Shown here piece by piece: positions 12,693-26,374 of a stretch of 64,000 bases of DNA. The notes below the pieces were generated by a model, which saw only the letters and a list, made by a program, of their open reading frames with translations, had not been told where the DNA came from and did no database searches. Each line of letters starts with the position of its first letter. The stretch's first letter is position 1. Where the stretch lies: assembly GCF_009914755.1 (NCBI RefSeq), contig NC_060931.1, one strand, 5' to 3'. Source of the DNA: the human T2T-CHM13v2.0 reference genome, Homo sapiens. A program made the position numbers and the translations under genes.

Positions 12693-13674
12693 AGATTAAT
12701 GATTTGTTTTATTAATTAACTGAGAAAATGGTTGTGACCTGACAGAATTTTTTTATAGCACTCGTCTTACGAGTTAGAAGATATGATTTGCTGTTCTTAA
12801 CATGGTTTTTCATCCCTGTGAACACAAGCGAGTCATGTTTCATCCCAGCTTCTTTTAAGTCTGCTTTTCTGTAAAGCAAGGTAGATTTTCTGGTGGAGGC
12901 CCCTGGAAAAGAGCTTGCCAGTGAGTGCCAACTCCACTGGTGTCTGGGGCTCCCGGGGCTATTTTAAACTGTTGCACTAGCTGACACCAGGGCTCTGAGC
13001 ACTTATTACATTTTTAGTTGATTTCTTCTTGCTTGTTTCTATGCTGGCCACCTCCTCCTATCTTGCTCTGCCAAAGGGGAAACAGTTCATTTGCCCCATC
13101 CCTCTTAGGAAAGATTGTTACTCTGGCATTTGATTTTCTTGGTTGTCTTGTGATCTCATGATGAATTCAAGAAAATTTATGATTTTGTAAATTGCCTGAC
13201 CTTTTCTCATTAGCGTGAGAGCAATTCTCTTGTAGCTTTCTACATCCTATGAGCAAGCAGAACCAAAATCCTTTTAATTCTGTCTCTTACAGTTGGGATC
13301 TAGAAGAAACTGGCTTTTCCAAGTTTATAAGACTCTGGATTTCTAAATAGAGTCTACTTCTTTTTTACTTTTGCCTGCCATTTCTTTCCTGAGCTCATCT
13401 TTTTTTCTGTAATATCTACTAAAAGGTAGATAACGCACACCATTTCCATTTTGTTTCTAACATCTTCCTCCAGAACTGCTGGGATAGTATCCTTATACTC
13501 TACCTTCTTGAGCTCCCACAGGTGGAAACTTTAGAAAATGTTTTGCTACTGCATAGCATGAATCCATAGCATTTCAGTCTCCAATATCTGTGTCTTCACT
13601 GCCTTCCAATGAAGAAAATGCCATGAAAATGCCTCAGATGTTTGTCATGCAGTATCCAAAAGGGACCATCTTGA

Positions 13675-13990
13675 GGTCAGGATAAATTTTGCTATGCTAC
13701 GGAAATCTTAATGGATTGACCAAGAAAGTTTATGTCGTACATAAAGTTTGGTGCAGTTTGAGTACCTCTTCTCCATAGCTGCACCATTTGGGACACATGG
13801 CCTCAAAAGTTGCTGTGTCAGGTAAAATGACAAGAGAAGGATGGAAGAAGTACATTGACTTTTAATCACCTTAGTTTAGAAGTGGCCACGTTACTTCTGC
13901 TCACAGCCCATTGGCCAGAACTACTCACATGGCCCCAACCTAAATGCAAGGATGCTAGGAATGCAGGGGAAAAAATGGACATTTGAACAG
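13675..13990 (-). mobile_element. Old MLT1 (J/K/L-like) MaLR LTR
   Basis: ttacttctgctcacagcccattggccagaactactcacatggccccaacctaaatgcaagg. Confidence 0.65.
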
Positions 13991-14429
13991 TCTCACCGTT
14001 ACCCTGTGTCTGTCATTCCAATATATGGCCAAAAAGGAACAAGATTGCATTTTCTCTTGTTGGTATTTTTGAAATAGAGGTAGCAAATACATTTCAGATG
14101 GCAGCATTGTCTAGTAATGCACAGGTGGGAGTCAGGCTACCAGAGACTCCTCACTGGCTCTTGCCCTTCCCTTCCCCCACAGGTGCCCGGGAGGCTCTGA
14201 CAGAACCAACACAGGAGGATATTCGAGCTCAGACAGCACCTCCATGTTTATGAATCACTATTAATCACTTTCAGACCTGGAAAGCACCACAACCAAAGGT
14301 GACATTAGGCTGGCACACTCCATTGTGGTGCACTGTTGTTTATAGCCATATATCCATTCTAATGAATCAGTGCCCAGGCCTAATGATGATCAATTGTGTT
14401 GACTATCACCTCTGCTTATAATTTAAATA

Positions 14430-15611
14430 TAGTCATGTGCCACATAGTGATGTTTTGGTCAACAACAGACCACATATACAACGGTGGTCCCATAAGATTA
14501 TAATGAAGCTAAAGAATCTCTGTCACCTAATGACGCTGTAGTCCTTGTAACGTTGCAGTGCAGCGTGTTACTCACGTGTCTGTGGAGATGCTGGGGGAAA
14601 CAAACCTACTGTGCTTTCAGTCATATAAAAGTCTAGCACATGCAATTATGTACAGTACATACTTGATAAGAAATGACTGTTACTGGTTTGTGTATTTACT
14701 GTATTATGTTTTTTATTATTTTAGAGTATACTTCTTCTACTTATTAAAAAGAAAGTTAACTGTAAAACAGCTTCAGGTAGGTCCTTCAGGAAGTATCCCA
14801 GAGAAAGGCATTGTTATCATAGGAGATGAGAGCTCCATGCCTGTTATTGCCCCGAAGACCTTCCAGTGAGAAGAGATGTGGAGGTGGAATACAGTGACAT
14901 TGACGATCCTGACCCTGAGCAGGTCTAGGCTGGTGTGTTTGTGTCTTAGTTTTTAACAAAAAAATTTTTAAATAAAAAACAATTTTTAAAATAAAAGCTT
15001 ATAGAATAAAGATAGAAATAATACTTTTGTACGGCTGTACAATGTGTGTTTTAACCTAAGTGTTATTACAAATAGCCAAAATTTTAAAAATTATAAAGTA
15101 AAAATTTATAGTAAACTAAGGTTAATTTATTGAAGAAAGAAAAATATTTTAAAATAAATGTCATGTAGCCTAAGTGTGCAGTGTTTATAAAGTCAACAGC
15201 AGTGGACAGCAATGTCTTAAGCATTCACATTCACTCACTGCTCACTCACTGACCCCACCCAGAGTGACTTCCAGTCCTGCAAGCTCCATTCATGGTAAGT
15301 GCCCTATACAAATGTACCATTTTTTATCTTGTATATTATATTTTTAGTGTACCTTTTCTGTGTTTAGACATGTTTAGATACACAAATACTTACGGTTCTC
15401 TTACAATTGCCTACAGTATTCAGTACGGTGGTGAGCTATACACGTTTGTAGCCTGGGAGCCATAGGCTATTCCATGGAGCCCAGGTGTGTAGTGGGCTCT
15501 ATCGTCTAGGTTTGTGCAACCACAATACACTCTAGGATTTTTACACAACAATGAAATTGCTAATGATGCATTTCTCAGAATGTATCCCCATTGTTAAGCA
15601 ACGTGTGACTG
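14430..15611 (+). mobile_element. Tigger3b DNA transposon (non-autonomous)
   Basis: Ends tagtcatgtgccacata...ggtcccataagattataa / ttaagcaacgtgtgactg; ~1.18 kb, matching Tigger3b organisation. Confidence 0.88.
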
Positions 15612-16150
15612 TCCAACAAATTACTGCTAGATCGTGCTGCTGCTTAGTGTTTTGTTTTTAAAGCAACTCCAGTCTAAACCAAACATCCTGAAAAATAATG
15701 GCAGTATTTATGCTAGGTTTCCTGGAAAACACAGCTCAGAAGTCTCGCCTAGTGTATTACCCAAACCTTTCTATACGTCCTCTGGCAGCATCTTTTCCCC
15801 ATGTAAGCTTCATCGCTCATGGCAATGGCCAATATTTCTTCTTTCTCTCTTTCTGTGCCCACACAGTCTACTTTCTATGAGGTGGCCTTTTAATTCCATA
15901 TTCTTTCTCTGCCTTGCCCCTCCTCCCTCTACAACTGTCCCTCCCTGCTGTACAAGGCACCTTGGAAAATAGATCCTGATCCCACTTGCCCTGCTTTAAC
16001 CATACCTGGAAATCAGGTGAATATGTTCATTACTCTCTATTTTACCTAAGACCATACCACCTCCTCCATCAATACTACTCAAATTTTTGCCACAAGAAAA
16101 AAAAAAAAGAAAAGATGCCACTCCCAAAATACTGTGATTGTTACCAGCAG

Positions 16151-16217
16151 AAGCAGAGTAGCTGGCTCACCAGATCACAACAAGCAGATTTCTGGCTCAC
16201 CAGATCACATCAACCAG
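16151..16217. repeat. ~30-bp tandem duplication
   Basis: aagcagagtagctggctcaccagatcacaac / aagcagatttctggctcaccagatcacatc. Confidence 0.8.
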
Positions 16218-16717
16218 GGTGTTTCCATCCTAGTCATTGCTGATGAAACCCTTCAGAAGAGGATAATCTGCCAACTTCATCACAAATGTGTGTAAATGAT
16301 AGATTTTCCCTGCCTCAAACACTCATGAACTGCAGATGGTAAATACTCTCCCTTTAAAAAGCAGATTTATTTCTTAGGCTGTTAAAATGCAAAAGCCCCC
16401 CAAAAGAACACAGCTTTCTGACACTGCAGGTTTTCCCAAAGTCTTTGTTCTCAAGCGATCTTAAATATAATTGCCCTTTGGAAGTTATAGATACTCTTGC
16501 GATAAAAACATTTAATGCTTATGTAATCAAACTGATTTTGTCTATGATGCTGTCATTATAGTTTCCAAGAGAAAAATAGTGCCGATCCTGGTGGAAAGTG
16601 CCCCTTTCAAATAGGTGGTTTGGAGTTGCAATCCTTTTGTCCTCTTAAAAATAGATACATAGATATAGATAGAATTACATCATGAATATTATCAGGGATA
16701 AATAAAAATGGAGCAGA

Positions 16718-16843
16718 GAGCCAAGCGCGGTGGCTCATGCCTATAGTCCCAGCACTTTGGAAGGCTGAGGCAAGAGGATTGCTTGAGGCCAGGGGTTTGA
16801 GACCAGCCTGGGCAACAAAGTGAGACTTCCATCTCTACTTAAA
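16718..16843 (+). mobile_element. FLAM_C / free left Alu monomer
   Basis: Monomer only; 14-bp TSD aaaaatggagcaga at 16704-16717 and 16844-16857. Confidence 0.9.
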
Positions 16844-17147
16844 AAAAATGGAGCAGAAATTGATATCACTCATTACCATAGCGAGTAGTTAACTGAAGGT
16901 TATACACTTCTGTGATGGGGAAGAATTAAAGAGAGAAACAATAGTTAAATTGCTCAATTAGAAATGCTGGGAAGAACATCTGAGGGAAAATAATTGCCTG
17001 GATGTCTTGATAAAGACCTGAAGTCATTGAGAGAGATAAACCAGCCTATAGGTCCGAGAATATCAAAGGAAATCAGGTCAGCCTGATTCCAAGGATTGAG
17101 TCTGGTAAGAATTTGGTTGTCTTGAGAGTCTGTTATTGTGAGAGGCT

Positions 17148-17225
17148 GCTTGCCCACAGTCACACAGCTGGAAAGTGGTAGAGCCAGGAATTGAACTGAG
17201 GTCCTTTAGCCACCAGAGCTAAATT
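17148..17225 (-). mobile_element. MIR fragment
   Basis: tgcccacagtcacacagctggaaagtggtagagccaggaattgaact. Confidence 0.7.
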
Positions 17226-17431
17226 ATACCAGAAGGCTACATAGTGAACCATGACCTCTGAAGAGGCAAGGACTTCTGGAATGAGGTGGAAAGGAGGCCG
17301 AGGAGGAGGATAGAAAGAAGGAAGGAGAGAGAAGAAGGGGAAGGCAGGCAGGCAAGCAGGTGAGAGAGAGAGAACATTATAATCAAAAAGGAAGGGAAAT
17401 TCCAAGATGCAATACAAACAGAAACAAATTA

Positions 17432-18165
17432 CCAAAATGAACTCATGACTTTTAATATAGATTTAAGATATAGAAGTAGATACAGATATGTGTTTATAAA
17501 TTCATATGTTTAGAATCAATGATGCCCCAATACTGATGAGCACACCTCATGCCAAATCTTGATATCTAAATACCACTTTCCAATAAAAGGAACCAGCACT
17601 TTTTTGAAAGATGGTTGATTCTGAGCTAGGTCAGGGAAACTGCAAGATGAGTCTAGGACATCTTGTGGTTCTAAATAGTAAGAAAGTGCTAAAAAAAGAA
17701 AAATAAGGGAATATGTCAGATGATGTAGAAGCCAGTTCAAATGGGCTTCCATTGGCTAAAGTGAGGGTAAATTGGGCAAAAAAGCAAAACAAAAAGGGAG
17801 TAATTGATTATAACCCATAGCATAAAATAAAAGTAAGAATCCACGAATCCATACCTACATAATAAAATTTAAAAAATAAGAGGCAGAGATGGGAAAGCTC
17901 TCCCTTGTAGGAGAATTCCAACAAACAAATGTAGAAGAAATGATGGAGATTGAAAATCACCATTGACTAAGCACCACAATAGTAATTGTTTCAGGTAAGA
18001 ACCATCAATGGATGCTAGACTTAGTGGGTGAAAATGTAACGAGAAGCAGGATATCTATAGTCTCAAAACATCTTGCCACAACGTATTTAATCACAAAGGG
18101 AAGAATCGTGCTAGAAGACACCACCTTAACCAACAGACCACAGTTAACACTGTTAGTAAGGAGAT
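17432..18165 (+). mobile_element. L1MC (L1MC4-like) 3' UTR fragment
   Basis: aatgaactcatg...ctaaataccactttccaataaaaggaaccag...gatgagtctaggacatcttgtg. Confidence 0.75.
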
Positions 18166-18234
18166 AAATTCAAATTTTGCATGCCTGGGGTAGAGTGAGA
18201 AGGAAGCAGAGAGTGGCAGAAACTTTCTCAGAGA

Positions 18235-18610
18235 TGTCATTGTAGGGCCCTGTGAGCTGATATAAGGAATTTGATTTTTATTACATGTATGATGGAAAAC
18301 TATTAGAAGGTTTTGAATGGGGAACAAAGTTATCCAATACACATTTTAAAGACTGCTCTGGAACCTGGGTGAAAATTTGATCATTAGAGATATGACAGCA
18401 GGGATGGGGAAGCCAAGTAGAGGCTGTGGTGAGAGATGACAGTGGAGTTGGGAGAAGTAGATAGGTTTGGGAGATATCTTCAAGGTCGAGGTGACAGAAA
18501 TTGCTTATATATTGGATTTGGGATATGATGAAAAGATGAACATCACATACGGCTTCTAGATTTTGACCTCAGCTACAGGTTAAAGGATGGCATTGAAAAT
18601 TAAGATAGGA
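18235..18610 (-). mobile_element. L2 fragment
   Basis: taaggaatttgatttttatt...gaaggttttgaa...gtgagagatgacagtgg...gggagatatctt antisense L2 pattern. Confidence 0.65.
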
Positions 18611-19310
18611 CTCCCTAACATTACTGCAACTGGAAGCCCTCACTTTATCTGTGATGAGAAAAAATAAAACAAGACAAAAACAAAGTGCTGCTCCCTAGCC
18701 ACTACTAGTGAATCTTTACTATTTCCTTCTAATGCAGTTTCCCACATCTTCCAGCCCAGATGAGATGCTAGCGCCTTACCTTCTTCTGCAGTGAGAGTTA
18801 AGTGACTGAGCTGGCCAGAACTGGGCAAAGAGAAGACATCTCTCTGAGTAGGAGGACTGAGGGACTGTGGGCCTGTTCCGCTTCCTCTTCCTAGATAACC
18901 CAATGCAGTGACTGACTAGGATTTCGTTTTTACCAAAACATTGCAAGCAACAAATGGTGAAGAATGACCATAATGTGAGCTGAGATTAATCCAATGATCC
19001 AATGACACTTCTCCCAAAATTCAGACATATTTTGTGCTATGCATAATTCTTATGCAAAACACTAGATTGGCATACCCACAATAAATTTTTGTAATTAGGA
19101 TTGCCAACAGTCAGGCTGAGCAACTATCCAGTCAGTTCTGGCCTGAGGTCTGAGATATGTCCAATGGAATCTTAGGAAAAGAGGAGCTCTAGAGAACATA
19201 ATCCTTTTTCTATTTTTTTTCCAAGGAGGGAAAGGAGGAGTAATTTCAGAGAAGGGCTGTGATCTAGAGAGAGAAGAGGGAGTAGATGAATGATAAAGGA
19301 ATTACTTCTT

Positions 19311-19409
19311 TTTTTTAAAATTATACTTTAAGGTTTAGGGTACATGTGCACAACGTGCAGGTTTGTTACATATGTATACATGTGCCATGTTGGTGTGCTG
19401 CACCTATTC
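19311..19409 (-). mobile_element. L1PA 3' terminal ~99 bp (extreme 5' truncation)
   Basis: ttatactttaagg...tacatgtgcacaacgtgcaggtttgttacat...; perfect 14-bp TSD aggaattacttctt at 19297-19310 and 19410-19423. Confidence 0.93.
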
Positions 19410-19423
19410 AGGAATTACTTCTT

Positions 19424-19590
19424 ATTAAGCACCCCCTAAGTGCCAGTCACTGGATTAGTTGCTTTGCATATATTTTGTCTAATAATGACAACCACCTTAC
19501 AAAGAGGATACTGCCATCCCATTTTATGTATAAGAAGACTGAGACTTAGATAAAACTAGTATTATTTCCTCAAGGCACTTGGGCCACAGA
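19424..19590 (-). mobile_element. MIR SINE
   Basis: tattaagcacc...gtgccag...cccattttatgtataagaagactgagacttag. Confidence 0.7.
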
Positions 19591-20427
19591 AAGAGTACTC
19601 ACGACTTCATCCAAGGCAGCTTTGAGTCACTCTGAGCAGGCCAGTGGCAGGTGGAGTGATGCCGCAGAGGAAGCATGACAGAGCGATTTTTGTCTCAAAG
19701 GTATTTGTAGACAAATGGTCACAAATCACCTTCATAATGGGGATCTTGTGCGCGCAGAACCTGCTAATCTCATCTCTAAACTCTCCTACTTCTGAAGAAA
19801 GGAAGATGTACTAGATCCCTCCTCCACTTCCATGGGATCTGTGATCTTCTGACTCTACCAGTCTACAACTTCTTTATTCCTAAGTCTTTCAAAGGTTTGG
19901 TAAAACCATCTACATGGGGGGTGGGGGGAGAAAAAAAAAACCCAGGTGCCCTGATCTTTAAGGAAAGGAGGAGAGGAGAAAGAGTGTTAGGAGTAAATAG
20001 TGGTGGCGACCCCCATGGAGCCTTTGAAGAATTCCTATGATCCTGAGCAGCAGGTGGCACTTTCATAAATGGGAAGCCATGGCTGAGCCCCAGCAAAGGG
20101 CACTGGGAAATCTCACTGTCTTCATTGTTGACATACCAAGAGCAAAGCTGGGAGGTTTGAGCACAGAGCTCTATGGTGAGTGTCTGTGAAGAAGACATGA
20201 TGGAGAAGTTTCTACCAGACATGAAGGAGACTAGAGTTCTTCCATCATGAAAGAGAGGATACAAGGAATTAAAGATATTCTGGGGGATAAGACTGAGGTA
20301 GAAGGAACTTTGTACCCCATCTCCTGGAGGTGGGTGACACTAGATGACAGAAACTCCAATGTCAACTTCAGGCTGGTTGAGAGAACATCCTAGAATATAT
20401 AGACTTGTGATCCAGTTCCTTCCTCTT

Positions 20428-20700
20428 TGTTATGGGTGAAATTGTGTTTCCCCCACAAAATATCCCCTGATGCTTGTTAATGTGGTCATATTTGGAAATA
20501 GGGTATTTGCAGATGTAATGAAGTTAAACTGAGGTCATACTGGATCAGGGTGAGCCCTAGTCCAGTTACTGGTGTTTTTATAAGAGGGAAATTTAGACAC
20601 AGAGACATTTATGGAGAATACTACATGATGACAGAGGCAGGTATACCTGCAAGTCAAAGATACGGGATTACATTGACCCGAAATGGACTCTAAAGCTAGA
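20428..20700 (+). mobile_element. MLT1B/C-like MaLR LTR (partial)
   Basis: tgttatgggtgaaattgtgt...atttggaaatagggtatttgcagatgtaat...tgaggtcatactggatcagggtgagccct. Confidence 0.8.
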
Positions 20701-23409
20701 AAAGATCAACTTGCCTTGAATGGGCAAAACTCAATCATCCCACCACTACTGTCTGCCAGCATTGAGCAGGGCTCCAGAGCAAGGTGAGATTCCTTCATTC
20801 TTTTAACTTGTGTGTGTTGATTGGCTACTAGGAGCATTCAGAATCCAAGATCAGTTTGAGGAAATAAAGACAGACACATTATTTTTCACATTTAGGTTGT
20901 AGTGCATGCATTTAGACCTTGCTATAACCTAGTAAATCAATCCAGAATGATCTTTCTCTCATCCTTGAGGGAGGGACTGGTCTGGGGTGGTGGTTGGGGG
21001 ACACCGAGTGACAGTGTAGGCTTTCAGTATGTATCTATTGTACACTTTCCCTGCACATGGTACTTTGGCAAGGAGATTGCAGGAGAAGACAAGGTCAAGG
21101 GAATAGGGAAGAGTGAGGCAGGACTATGTCAGCAGAAGTATCTTCCTTTTCCTGTCCCCTCTACCTTTTGCAAAAGGCCTTCATAAATACCTTTACAAAT
21201 CTCAACTGAGTGTCAGGAGGAGACAGATATTCTAGATGCTAAGGACCAGCCTTTTGATGGCTCTAAAAAAGAAAAAAGATTCAAACTAAATCAGACTAGG
21301 AGTACCTCCATCCCTCTCTCTGAAGTCCCCTGGATCTTAGTGGGACTTTAGGATGGGCTGCAGAGGAGAAAGGAAAGCACATCGTTAGCTATAAGACACA
21401 AAAGAATAAAGGAAACCTTTCTTGCTCATCTCTTCCCTGAAGAAATGTTGAGGAGCCCTAAGCCATCTTTGCACTGGCAATAATCAAGCCTCAAGTTTGC
21501 AAGTCAGCCTGCTGAAGTCAAGTAGCTTATTAGAACTGTTTGCACAGCTAAGAGAAATAAATCATCAGCAAAAAGCAGCTCAAAATAAGTGAAGATTCAC
21601 TTAATTCACAATCAGGTGAAAAATGACATGGAAAGAAAGTCAAAGAATAATCCTAAATGAGTTTTTTAGCTCTCTAAAGTTAACCAGATGATAGACTTTT
21701 GTACAGCACTATTTTATTCAAATTCTAAATTGAAGATTTTTCCTCTTAAAGGAAAATGTGCATTTCATTATAAGGATAGAACCCAATATTTGTGGTTTCT
21801 TAGAAAAACATGTTCTTCAGCTTATATGATAAGTACAGAGTGTGATAAGTCTATTTTTAGGCATGGCGAATATAAGCATCCCATATATAATCAGGCAGAA
21901 ATGTGAGACAGCCAACCTTTTTGGCTATATGGGTGGGCTACATTTACAAAGAATATAGGCTAATATTTCAAAACTCCATTTCATCAACCACAAATCTGAT
22001 GGGACTAAAGTAAGTGAAGTGAGAATAAGCAATGATAACATTAAATGTCACGGAGAAGAAAGGGCTAAGTCAGGATTGGCCATTTCTTGGATTCTCGCTT
22101 TGGGAAACATATATAACCCAAGGAGAACCTTGATCCTCATTTCTGGCGGAAGTATAACAAGAGAAAAGAAGATTTATTCTAAAAATGTCCTTTCAAACAG
22201 ATAACTTTATAATAAGTAATAATACTAGCATTGTTAAGAAGTTTGCTAATGATCTAGAGACACTTTTAAATTTGGATGGACAGTATTAGGTAAAAATAAG
22301 CTGTGCTGGAGACCCGGTCATATTTTAGATAGGTACAAGCTTTCTCAGATTAAATAGATTTTCTAAAATCTAAAATTGACTCTGATCATATGTAAGGGGG
22401 ATTAAATGTATTCAGTGTCAGCCCAGAGGTCAGAATAGAATCCAAATTTTCAATAACAAAAGAGCCGATTAAATGGCTTTACAATGCAATAGGTAGCTTT
22501 TAAATGTAGTGAGCTCCTTGTTCCTTGAAATCTTCAGGAACTCTATATAAAATGTGTGTCTTTTGTCATACAAATCTGTAGTAAAGCTTTGATCATTTCT
22601 CAGAAGTAGCATCTTTCCTCCAGAGGATTGTGTGATCATTAGTGCAAGATACGTTGTCAAAGCGACATGGCTGTTATTGTCAAGTAGCTGGCTCTGCACA
22701 GGCTCTAATCATTTAAATGCATCAGATTTTGCCTTTTGTCTTTAGACAATGTGTCAAGAGTTCCTATTACAGTGGTGGGATTGTGACCCCTGCCCCTTTG
22801 GTTCATGGTAAAAGGCAGCCCCACATGACAGATTTTCCTGGTTTTGAACACTCCAGCTAATGACCAGGTGAGAGGACAATAATCTTGTTAGTGTCTATGT
22901 CAAGTTTTGTTCTGTGATAGAATAATTGAACCCAGACCCTCTCTTCCTCATCTCAGCTCCCACCTGGAGAAGAAACAGGAACTTTGTGGGTAGACAAATG
23001 GGAAGCAGGAACCTGGGATCAGGAGGAAATAAAGGCATCATCTGGCTTTTAGAAAAACCAGGTACAATAGAGAAGAACTGTTTTATTATCAGAGTTAGGG
23101 GTGCTTTAAAGTCTTGATCCAAAGACTTACAAGCTGCAGAATTATTTTTGCAGTATACCTCTTAAAAAATAAACCCATAAAATAATACTACACAGTTTTT
23201 GTAGGTGTATATATTTTTGTAAATACAAAGGAACATTTGGAAGAATTTATTCTAAGTTGATGCTAGATTGCCAACTGGTTACATTTGGAAAGAAACTGGG
23301 ATTAGAGAGACGATCAAGGGACCTGAGCCTACCTTGTATTGCTTTAATTTGTATGGAGAAATAATGTCCATGCATTGCTTATATAATCAATTTCAATAAT
23401 ATACATGCA

Positions 23410-23625
23410 CATGTGTATGTATAAGTCATATATTAATACATACATAGAATATCTCTGAAAGTTCAAGAAGTTAAGAGTTTTTGATTCTGGGAAGGGAAAC
23501 TCAGTGGCTAGGAGGTAGGGGTAAAAGGGAGACTTACTTTTGACTACAAGCCCCTTTGTACCCCGTGAATTTTGCACCATATGCATCTATTACATAAAAC
23601 AAATCAACACAACTTAAATCAATAA
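23410..23625 (+). mobile_element. L1ME 3' end fragment
   Basis: gggagacttacttttgac...cctttgtacc...gaattttgcaccatatgcatctattac. Confidence 0.6.
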
Positions 23626-25157
23626 TTTGAAAATTTTTAACAATAAGAAAGTCTAAAATGAGCTAAAATTCTACTCCAAAGGTTTAGCACATAGCTTAGA
23701 ATAAGAGTTGAAGGGCTGAGCTTTGCAGAAGAGGCAATTTTTTTTACCAAGAGAAGGGAGATCCTTTTAGGTCCCTAAAGCTTGGATAGGTCGGGGTGTA
23801 ATGACACCTAAAGGTCTAAGCCCAGCGGCAGAATTCTTGAAGCTGGGTAGAAAAAAAAACACTTGGTATCCATATCAACCCCAAGTATCTTAGTTAAAAA
23901 TCAGAATAGTTTAAGATTAAAAAGAGTTGAGCCATAAAAAAAAAAAGAAAAAAATTAAAAAACAGAAGTGTAGGGGAAGAGAGAAAGAATGGGGATGACT
24001 TTGGCTTTTTCATTAGAGTAGGTAATTCATCATGGTAAATGTTCTACTAGTTTGCCTCTGTTTTTTAACTTTAATTTTTAAATTACCTGTTAGTTTTTAA
24101 GGGATCTGTTAACATCTAAGTCATAATAGCTGGAGGTTCATATATCAAGAGACCTCTTTTTGTTCTGACCGTTGCAACAAAGTGTGTGTGCTGGAAAAAA
24201 GGGGGTGGACCTGAGATATGTAGAAAGCTAGAAATAAAATAAGTAGAAACAAATAAAAAATAACACTACAACAGTGGAGGTGGGTTAGCGAGAAAAGGCA
24301 GCTTCAATTGGAATTCAGCATCAGATTTGAATTCTAAAATCTTAGTCAAACCAATTAACTTTAGTGAACAATTTACCTCAAGGCTGGAGAGAAGCAAAAG
24401 ATGATGGCAAATGCATGGGCTTTTCCAAGGAGTGGCTTAACTGACATTCCCTTTTACTACCATCCTTCCAGACTTGACAACAAAAGCCAAGGGATAGGAT
24501 GTGTGTGGTTGACCATTTCACTTTCCAGGGGCCCACTTAGCTTCAGGGAAGGAAACAGACTCCAACATCTCCATATATGGTAGGACTTTCCATTAGAGGT
24601 CAGTGTTCTTGGGAACATGGGCACTCCTCACAGATTTTCAAATTGAAAGCTGTCCACTAGGCTGTGTCATCTTGGGATAGCTTGCTAGACAGCTTTGTCC
24701 AGTTCCTTAGGTCTAATCACGACATAACTGGAATATCTGTAAGTTTGCAGTGTCTCACATCCTCAGCTGGGCTGGAGGATATGGTGGGAGGTGATTTCTA
24801 TCTGTCCCATATACCTAAGGGGCTACCCTATCCATCTTCTCTGTATTCCCCTTCTTTGATAGACGGTCTTCATTCGGTATCATAGAATTTTATTCTGGGT
24901 ATTTTCTTAGTCCCCACCTTGTACTTAACATTTAAAAGTATCTCCTTATCTGCCATCAAATTAGATGGTGTCCAGAGAACTTGAAAGAATAATGGATGAC
25001 TTGGAAGGATTAACAATGCAAATTGCTTTCTACTTGTTAATAACTGCACACAACCTTTATACTTCAATTCATATTCACAGCACACCTGAATCAAGGAAAA
25101 TGTGAGCTGTCAAAGTGTGAGGATTTAAACAAGAGAGGATGTTCCTCCAAGCCTCTC

Positions 25158-25570
25158 TGTATTGGCCATTGTTGCATTGCTATAGAGAAATAACTGAGAC
25201 TGGGTAATTTATTTAAAAGAAAGCTTAATTGGCTCAGTTATACAGGCTTTCCAGGAAGCATGGTGCTGGCATCTGCTCAGCTCCTGGGGAGACCTCAGGA
25301 AGCTTACAATTATGGGCAGAAGGTAAAGGAGGAACAGGCATGTCACATGGCCAGAGGAAGAGCAAGAGGGTGGGGGCGAGCAAGGAGGTACCACATACTT
25401 TTAAACAGATCTCCTGTGAACTCAGAGCTCACTTAACAGGGGATGGCCCAAGCCATTCATGAGGGATCCACCCCCATGATCCAAACACCTCCCACCTGTC
25501 CCCACCTCCAACATTGCAGTTTACATTTCAACATGAGATTTGGATGGGAACAAGTACCTGAACTATATCT
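25158..25570 (-). mobile_element. MSTA/MSTB MaLR solo LTR
   Basis: tgtattggccattg...ctgagactgggtaattt...catgagatttggatggga...aactatatct; TSD ctctc/ctcgc. Confidence 0.88.
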
Positions 25571-26374
25571 CTCGCTACCTTACAATATCTGGGGTTGTAC
25601 ATTATAAGTGATTGTTTCTTATATTTTGTCAAAAAACTGAAAATATTTTCCAATTTTGCAACTTGCTTTGACTTTTCCTGTTTCATGATCTTTTGGAAGG
25701 AGGGATGGGATATGTTCAGGAAAGAACCAGTTGCTTAACACAAGGAATCTCTGAACTGGTCACAGATTTGAAGAACAGAGAAAATAAGGAGGCATGCAGC
25801 TCTGGGGTCTTCTTTTACCAGAGACAGAGTAGTGATCCCAGTGACAGATGGGACTCAGAAAAATGCCCGAGTCATGTGGCTGGATGGCATGTTACCATCC
25901 AGCCTGAAGATGGAAAATGGGTTTTACCAACTTTGAGCCTGCAGAAACTGGTGTGCTTAGGAGTATGAATTGGGCTTGAAACACCTTGGATTTTAAGTTT
26001 TTACTTCATTTATAAAATCTGAAGTTCTTAAACAATCAGAAAAAGAAGGACTGAGTAGGCATGGATTTGGGAAAAGGTATATAAAGTTCTGGAGCTATTA
26101 GAAATCTTTAGATTGTTTGGAATGCAGTCACCTAGACCAGACAGAAAAGAGGTGAGCATTAATTTGCCTAATAATTTATAACAATGCCATGCAATTTTGT
26201 ATTTTTCTTGCAAGGAAGGGAAAACTGCAGTCCAAATTGTCAGTAGTGTGCTAAAGAATATAATTTTCTTCAGATGGGTTCCAAGCCCTTGGGTACTTTA
26301 CCCACTTCACTTCATTTAATCCTCACCATAATCCAACCAGGCAGTATTATCTTTCCCATTGATTATCTAGGAAA

